Source: Paragordius varius
Taxonomy: Eukaryota; Animalia; Nematomorpha
Assembly (NCBI GenBank): GCA_964247055.1
Contig: OZ176053.1
Span: 11,284,001-11,348,000 of the forward strand
DNA length: 64,000 nt
Direction: 5' to 3'
Positions 63,242 to 64,000 of the stretch are shown here, in pieces. Positions within the stretch are counted from its first letter, which is position 1. Each line of letters begins with the position of its first letter. The position numbers and the translations under genes were made by a program. The notes under the pieces are model-generated. The model worked only from the letters and a program-made list of their open reading frames with translations, did not search any database and had not been told where the DNA came from.

Positions 63242-64000
63242 AAATTTTAGATGAGAATAGCTGGGGGGTCGACATGTATAATTTATTGCAAGGGTTTATG
63301 TAGTTTAGATCAGTGATCTTCAACTCCCTCCTTTAAGTACTTTTGTGTGGCCCTGATTTATTCAGCTTTTTGGATGATTGTTTAAAATACCTCGGAAACC
63401 TTACATGATTTCGCATATATTTTTTAGTAATTAAAAAATACGGTTATATTTTTATTTTGGTATATTTTAATTTTTACATTTTGTAAAATTCTACTAAGTT
63501 ATGAAATTTAGATCACATTATAAAAATTTCAGCACATTCAATCCATCATAGATATGTATAAACAGAACGCTATGGTCCAAGCTGTATCACCTGCCCCCGA
63601 GTATTTAAACTAAGGGATATTCATCATCATTTTATTAAAGATTTATCGATTTCATTATTAAGATTTGGCAAGATGGGACAAATAAATAATTAAAATGTGC
63701 GCAAGTTATTTATCCTAACTGTTTTCCTCCGACATATTTAATATTGAATTATTTAGATTGGCCTGCCATGATATTATGGCACATTGTTTAAATTAGTTAA
63801 TAAAATATGTCCAATAATTTGTTAAAATATTTTTATCAAATAATTTTTATTTTTTAAACTAAATGGCTCAAGTTTAGACTGCATACCGTAAAAAAATCGG
63901 TGTGACAATTTAGGGCAAAAATATCTACATAGGTGTCACATATGAATTAATTATCGGTATTTTATGGTGCTTGACACTTGAAACAAATGATAATTTTTTT

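Noticed and set aside
1-64000. tRNA, rRNA, prokaryotic operons or an alternative (ciliate) genetic code
   Set aside because: No cloverleaf or rRNA motifs; GTTCGA hits fall in exons or TEs; TAA, TAG and TGA each terminate a conserved gene (EMC1, ANT, ARL3), so the tiny introns do not indicate a ciliate with reassigned stop codons.

Overview
Very AT-rich (roughly three-quarters A+T by eye) eukaryotic nuclear DNA read in the standard code, almost certainly from an invertebrate animal. Five host genes could be assembled by hand. EMC1 (minus, 29650->10365) lies head-to-head with ARL3 (plus, 29741->30581), with only 90 bp between the ATGs. A vesicular monoamine transporter (minus, 42171->~30780) lies tail-to-tail with ARL3. 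There is also a mitochondrial ADP/ATP carrier of the yeast/plant-like sequence type (minus, 51044->47359) and an intronless rhodopsin-family peptide GPCR (minus, 56909->55593). One or two unidentified genes may lie in the first 7.4 kb. The most striking property is the intron architecture: at least 12 frame-verified GT-AG introns are only 23-27 nt long, while other introns of the same genes are kilobases long and filled with transposons. The rest of the window is a dense, mostly decayed TE landscape: two CACTA insertions with their own TSDs, a Helitron with tandem 5' ends, a mariner, hAT/Tc1-type MITE families, RTE LINEs, a Penelope-like remnant and two Ty3/Gypsy elements. No tRNA, rRNA or CRISPR array was found. 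Protein comparisons are from memory of human, yeast and Mos1 sequences; no database searches were run, and the species cannot be determined from the sequence alone.
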